Below, one piece after another: positions 57,777 through 59,311 of a stretch of 59,311 nt of DNA (the stretch's first letter is position 1; each line of letters begins with the position of its first letter). A model generated the notes under the pieces. The model ran no database searches. It saw only the letters and a list, made by a program, of their open reading frames with translations, and had not been told where the DNA came from. This stretch comes from an uncultured Methanosarcinales archaeon (GTDB lineage: Archaea; Nanobdellota; Nanobdellia; Woesearchaeales; JAGWAF01): assembly GCA_964597775.1 (NCBI GenBank), contig CAZQZJ010000003.1, forward strand, positions 1 through 59,311, read 5' to 3'. The position numbers were made by a program, and so were the translations under genes.

Positions 57777-57932
57777 GGGGCTGTAGTATAACTTGGCTAG
57801 AATAGGTGGCTCCAGTCATGGAGCGATGAGCTGCAGTAATCTGTAGCAATGAAATAAACCTATGGTCTGTTGAAGCCTTTGCTTCAAGGAAGAGACCACC
57901 GGATCAGGGTTCAAATCCCTGCAGCCCCACCA
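57777..57932 (+). tRNA. tRNA-Trp(CCA) with a canonical 37/38 intron (57816-57894) and encoded CCA
   Basis: GGGGCTG/CAGCCCC-A-CCA; anticodon stem GGTGG/CCACC; BHB with central helix CTCC/GAAG (one mismatch) and intron stem CATGGAGC/GCTTCAAG; TTTATAAA about 30 nt upstream. Confidence 0.95.
57816..57894 (+). ncRNA. Intron-encoded box C/D-like guide RNA (putative Cm34/Cm39)
   Basis: TGGAGC-g-ATGA and TGGTCT-g-TTGA: antisense elements place C34 and C39 opposite the fifth nt upstream of D-like boxes. Confidence 0.55.
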
Positions 57933-57965
57933 TTTCTTTAACCACAATTTAATTTATGATTTAAT

Positions 57966-58553
57966 TTATGCATACGGTGCCTTTCGCTGTTCTTCCCTAC
58001 GATTACGCTGCATTGTAGCCATAAGCCGCTCAAGCGTATCAATCTTAGCAAGCAATTCACGCTTGTTCTTATCCTCAGCAAGCAACATCTTATGATGCTG
58101 CGTAAGCTCAAAATCCTCTTTTTTAATTACACCAACAACCTCAACAAGACGAGATATATGCGTGTTAAGTTGGACAAGATTTTTTCCAACAGATTCAATA
58201 TCAGCCTTAAGATTTATTACATGTGTTTTTTCTACCTCAAGATTTTTACCATACTTTAGAAATTCATCAGTTAACTCCTTTTCAAACCTCTCAAGCATGA
58301 TCTTCTGCACTCCTTTATTAATAACCCTAAACTCATCAAGTTCTCTAAGAAGATCTGATTTAAACTTCACAAGATTCTCATGATAACTTGTAAAAACCTC
58401 TTCTTGATCTTTATTCTTCTTTGCAAGCACACTAATCTCTTTTTTGTACTGAATAGACAATTCAACAACAAGCTTTTTTTGCTCAACTAACTCCTTGCTA
58501 AGAGAATCAATACCCTCCTTAAGATCAAGGATCTCTTTTATTTTGCCAAACAT
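57966..58553 (-). CDS. Coiled-coil hypothetical protein
   Basis: 195 aa, continuous heptads, ATG start. Confidence 0.8.
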   Translation of the reverse strand: MFGKIKEILDLKEGIDSLSKELVEQKKLVVELSIQYKKEISVLAKKNKDQEEVFTSYHENLVKFKSDLLRELDEFRVINKGVQKIMLERFEKELTDEFLKYGKNLEVEKTHVINLKADIESVGKNLVQLNTHISRLVEVVGVIKKEDFELTQHHKMLLAEDKNKRELLAKIDTLERLMATMQRNRREEQRKAPYA

Positions 58554-58573
58554 AACTAAAGAATAAATAGCTC

Positions 58574-58945
58574 CTATTTATTAGTTGATGATAGTAACCC
58601 TTGCTCTTTTCCGCTGTTAATGATTTCTTCAAGTTGCCCTTGCTTTTTCTTAAGATCTTCAAGTTCTCGCTGCATCCTAATCATATAATGCTGTGCCTGT
58701 TCCTGATGATTCTGGGGATCAGATGAGTAGAATCTTGTGCAGGTTGGACACTCGTACCAAGAGATATCTTCAATTAAATCAGTTGCATATGCAAGCATGG
58801 TTTTATCAATGGGACAAGATGGGGATTTTTTGTTTATGTGAGCATATTGAAACTTTGTTGGATAAACAAGATGTTTATCATCTTGTGAGTTATTCTGATT
58901 AGTCATAATCCCATGAAAAAATATGAAGTATTTATTTCTTTGCAA
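58574..58945 (-). CDS. Zinc-ribbon plus coiled-coil small protein
   Basis: CPID...CPTC followed by a coiled coil; true start probably MTNQNN. Confidence 0.7.
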   Translation of the reverse strand: MQRNKYFIFFHGIMTNQNNSQDDKHLVYPTKFQYAHINKKSPSCPIDKTMLAYATDLIEDISWYECPTCTRFYSSDPQNHQEQAQHYMIRMQRELEDLKKKQGQLEEIINSGKEQGLLSSTNK

Positions 58946-58987
58946 AATTTCCGTAAGAATTATATACTTGCCTGATCATGCTTTATC

Positions 58988-59224
58988 ATGGCAAACTTTA
59001 TTGAAAAGATCCAAAAAATAAATGAACTTGCAACTATTCTACTTAAGTCTGGCAAAGCAAAAGACTCTGTTGAAGCACACCAAATGGCTGAAGCTACTAT
59101 TGATGGCGGCACTGACATGGCTGACTTTAACAAAAACGCCAAAAAAACTGTTGATGAATTTCAGAGATACGGCGATGCAGTCAGAAAAAATGATATGAAA
59201 CAACCACGTGACTGGAAATCCTAA
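58988..59224 (+). CDS. Small helical hypothetical protein
   Basis: 78-aa ATG ORF, divergent from the previous gene, with an AT-rich promoter-like region upstream. Confidence 0.65.
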   Translation: MANFIEKIQKINELATILLKSGKAKDSVEAHQMAEATIDGGTDMADFNKNAKKTVDEFQRYGDAVRKNDMKQPRDWKS

Positions 59225-59226
59225 AT

Positions 59227-59311
59227 TATAAAAAATGCTTAAGTAGGCCAGAGACCGACATTAAGCGTTTTTGTACCAAGAATAAAGAAATTGCCTAAAA
59301 ACTTACCATCC
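59227..59311. repeat. Palindromic module array A-Q (truncated by the window end)
   Basis: TATAAAAAATGCTTAA-GTAGGCCAGAGACCGACA-TTAAGCGTTTTTGTAC followed by CAAGAATAAAGAAATTGCC..., the Q start as in the reverse complement of 46519-46547. Confidence 0.9.

Noticed and set aside
57830-57836. Intron GCTGCAG complementary to tRNA positions 63-69
   Set aside because: It contains the palindrome CTGCAG, pairs locally with CTGTAGC and has no good D box; likely chance.
240-59142. Numerous short antisense or overlapping ORFs in the six-frame track (e.g. 777..1283, 4657..5001, 14266..14664, 54270..54938, 55671..56201)
   Set aside because: They are shadows of well-supported genes on the other strand or frame, favoured by strong codon bias.

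Overview
This is AT-rich, gene-dense archaeal chromosome, most consistent with a DPANN lineage such as Woesearchaeota. That assignment is inferred from archaeal-type TPI, AglB, Elp3, Trm11, class III pilin-like proteins, an intron-containing tRNA-Trp and many bacterial-type metabolic genes. Housekeeping and metabolic genes include hisS, tpiA, ppsA, gap, a D-2-hydroxyacid dehydrogenase, pyrC, a thioredoxin-lipA-E1a-E1b-E2 2-oxoacid dehydrogenase operon with no E3, apt, mtnP, aglB and a geranylgeranyl reductase. There are three tRNA genes: Pro-GGG with a 54-nt T-stem insertion, Val-CAC, and Trp-CCA with a 79-nt intron. A surface-protein cluster occupies about 46.7-57.7 kb. The most striking non-coding feature is a family of ~50-110 bp palindromic modules (my labels A, B, P, Q, R1, R2, S). 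They recur in different combinations at six intergenic sites, are joined by TA-centred linkers, show a flipped core in one copy, and form a 261-bp REPIN/MITE-like doublet with a 6-bp target duplication. Other highlights are an integron-type attC with a toxin-antitoxin cassette, an inverted-repeat-flanked two-gene cargo, a PolB-like protein with exonuclease motifs but degenerate polymerase motifs, and a Cys4 insertion in E1-alpha. Two secreted proteins share a near-identical N-terminus, and the tRNA-Trp intron looks like a circularly permuted box C/D guide. No rRNA, CRISPR array, transposase or integrase was seen. All calls are by eye from motifs; no database searches were run.
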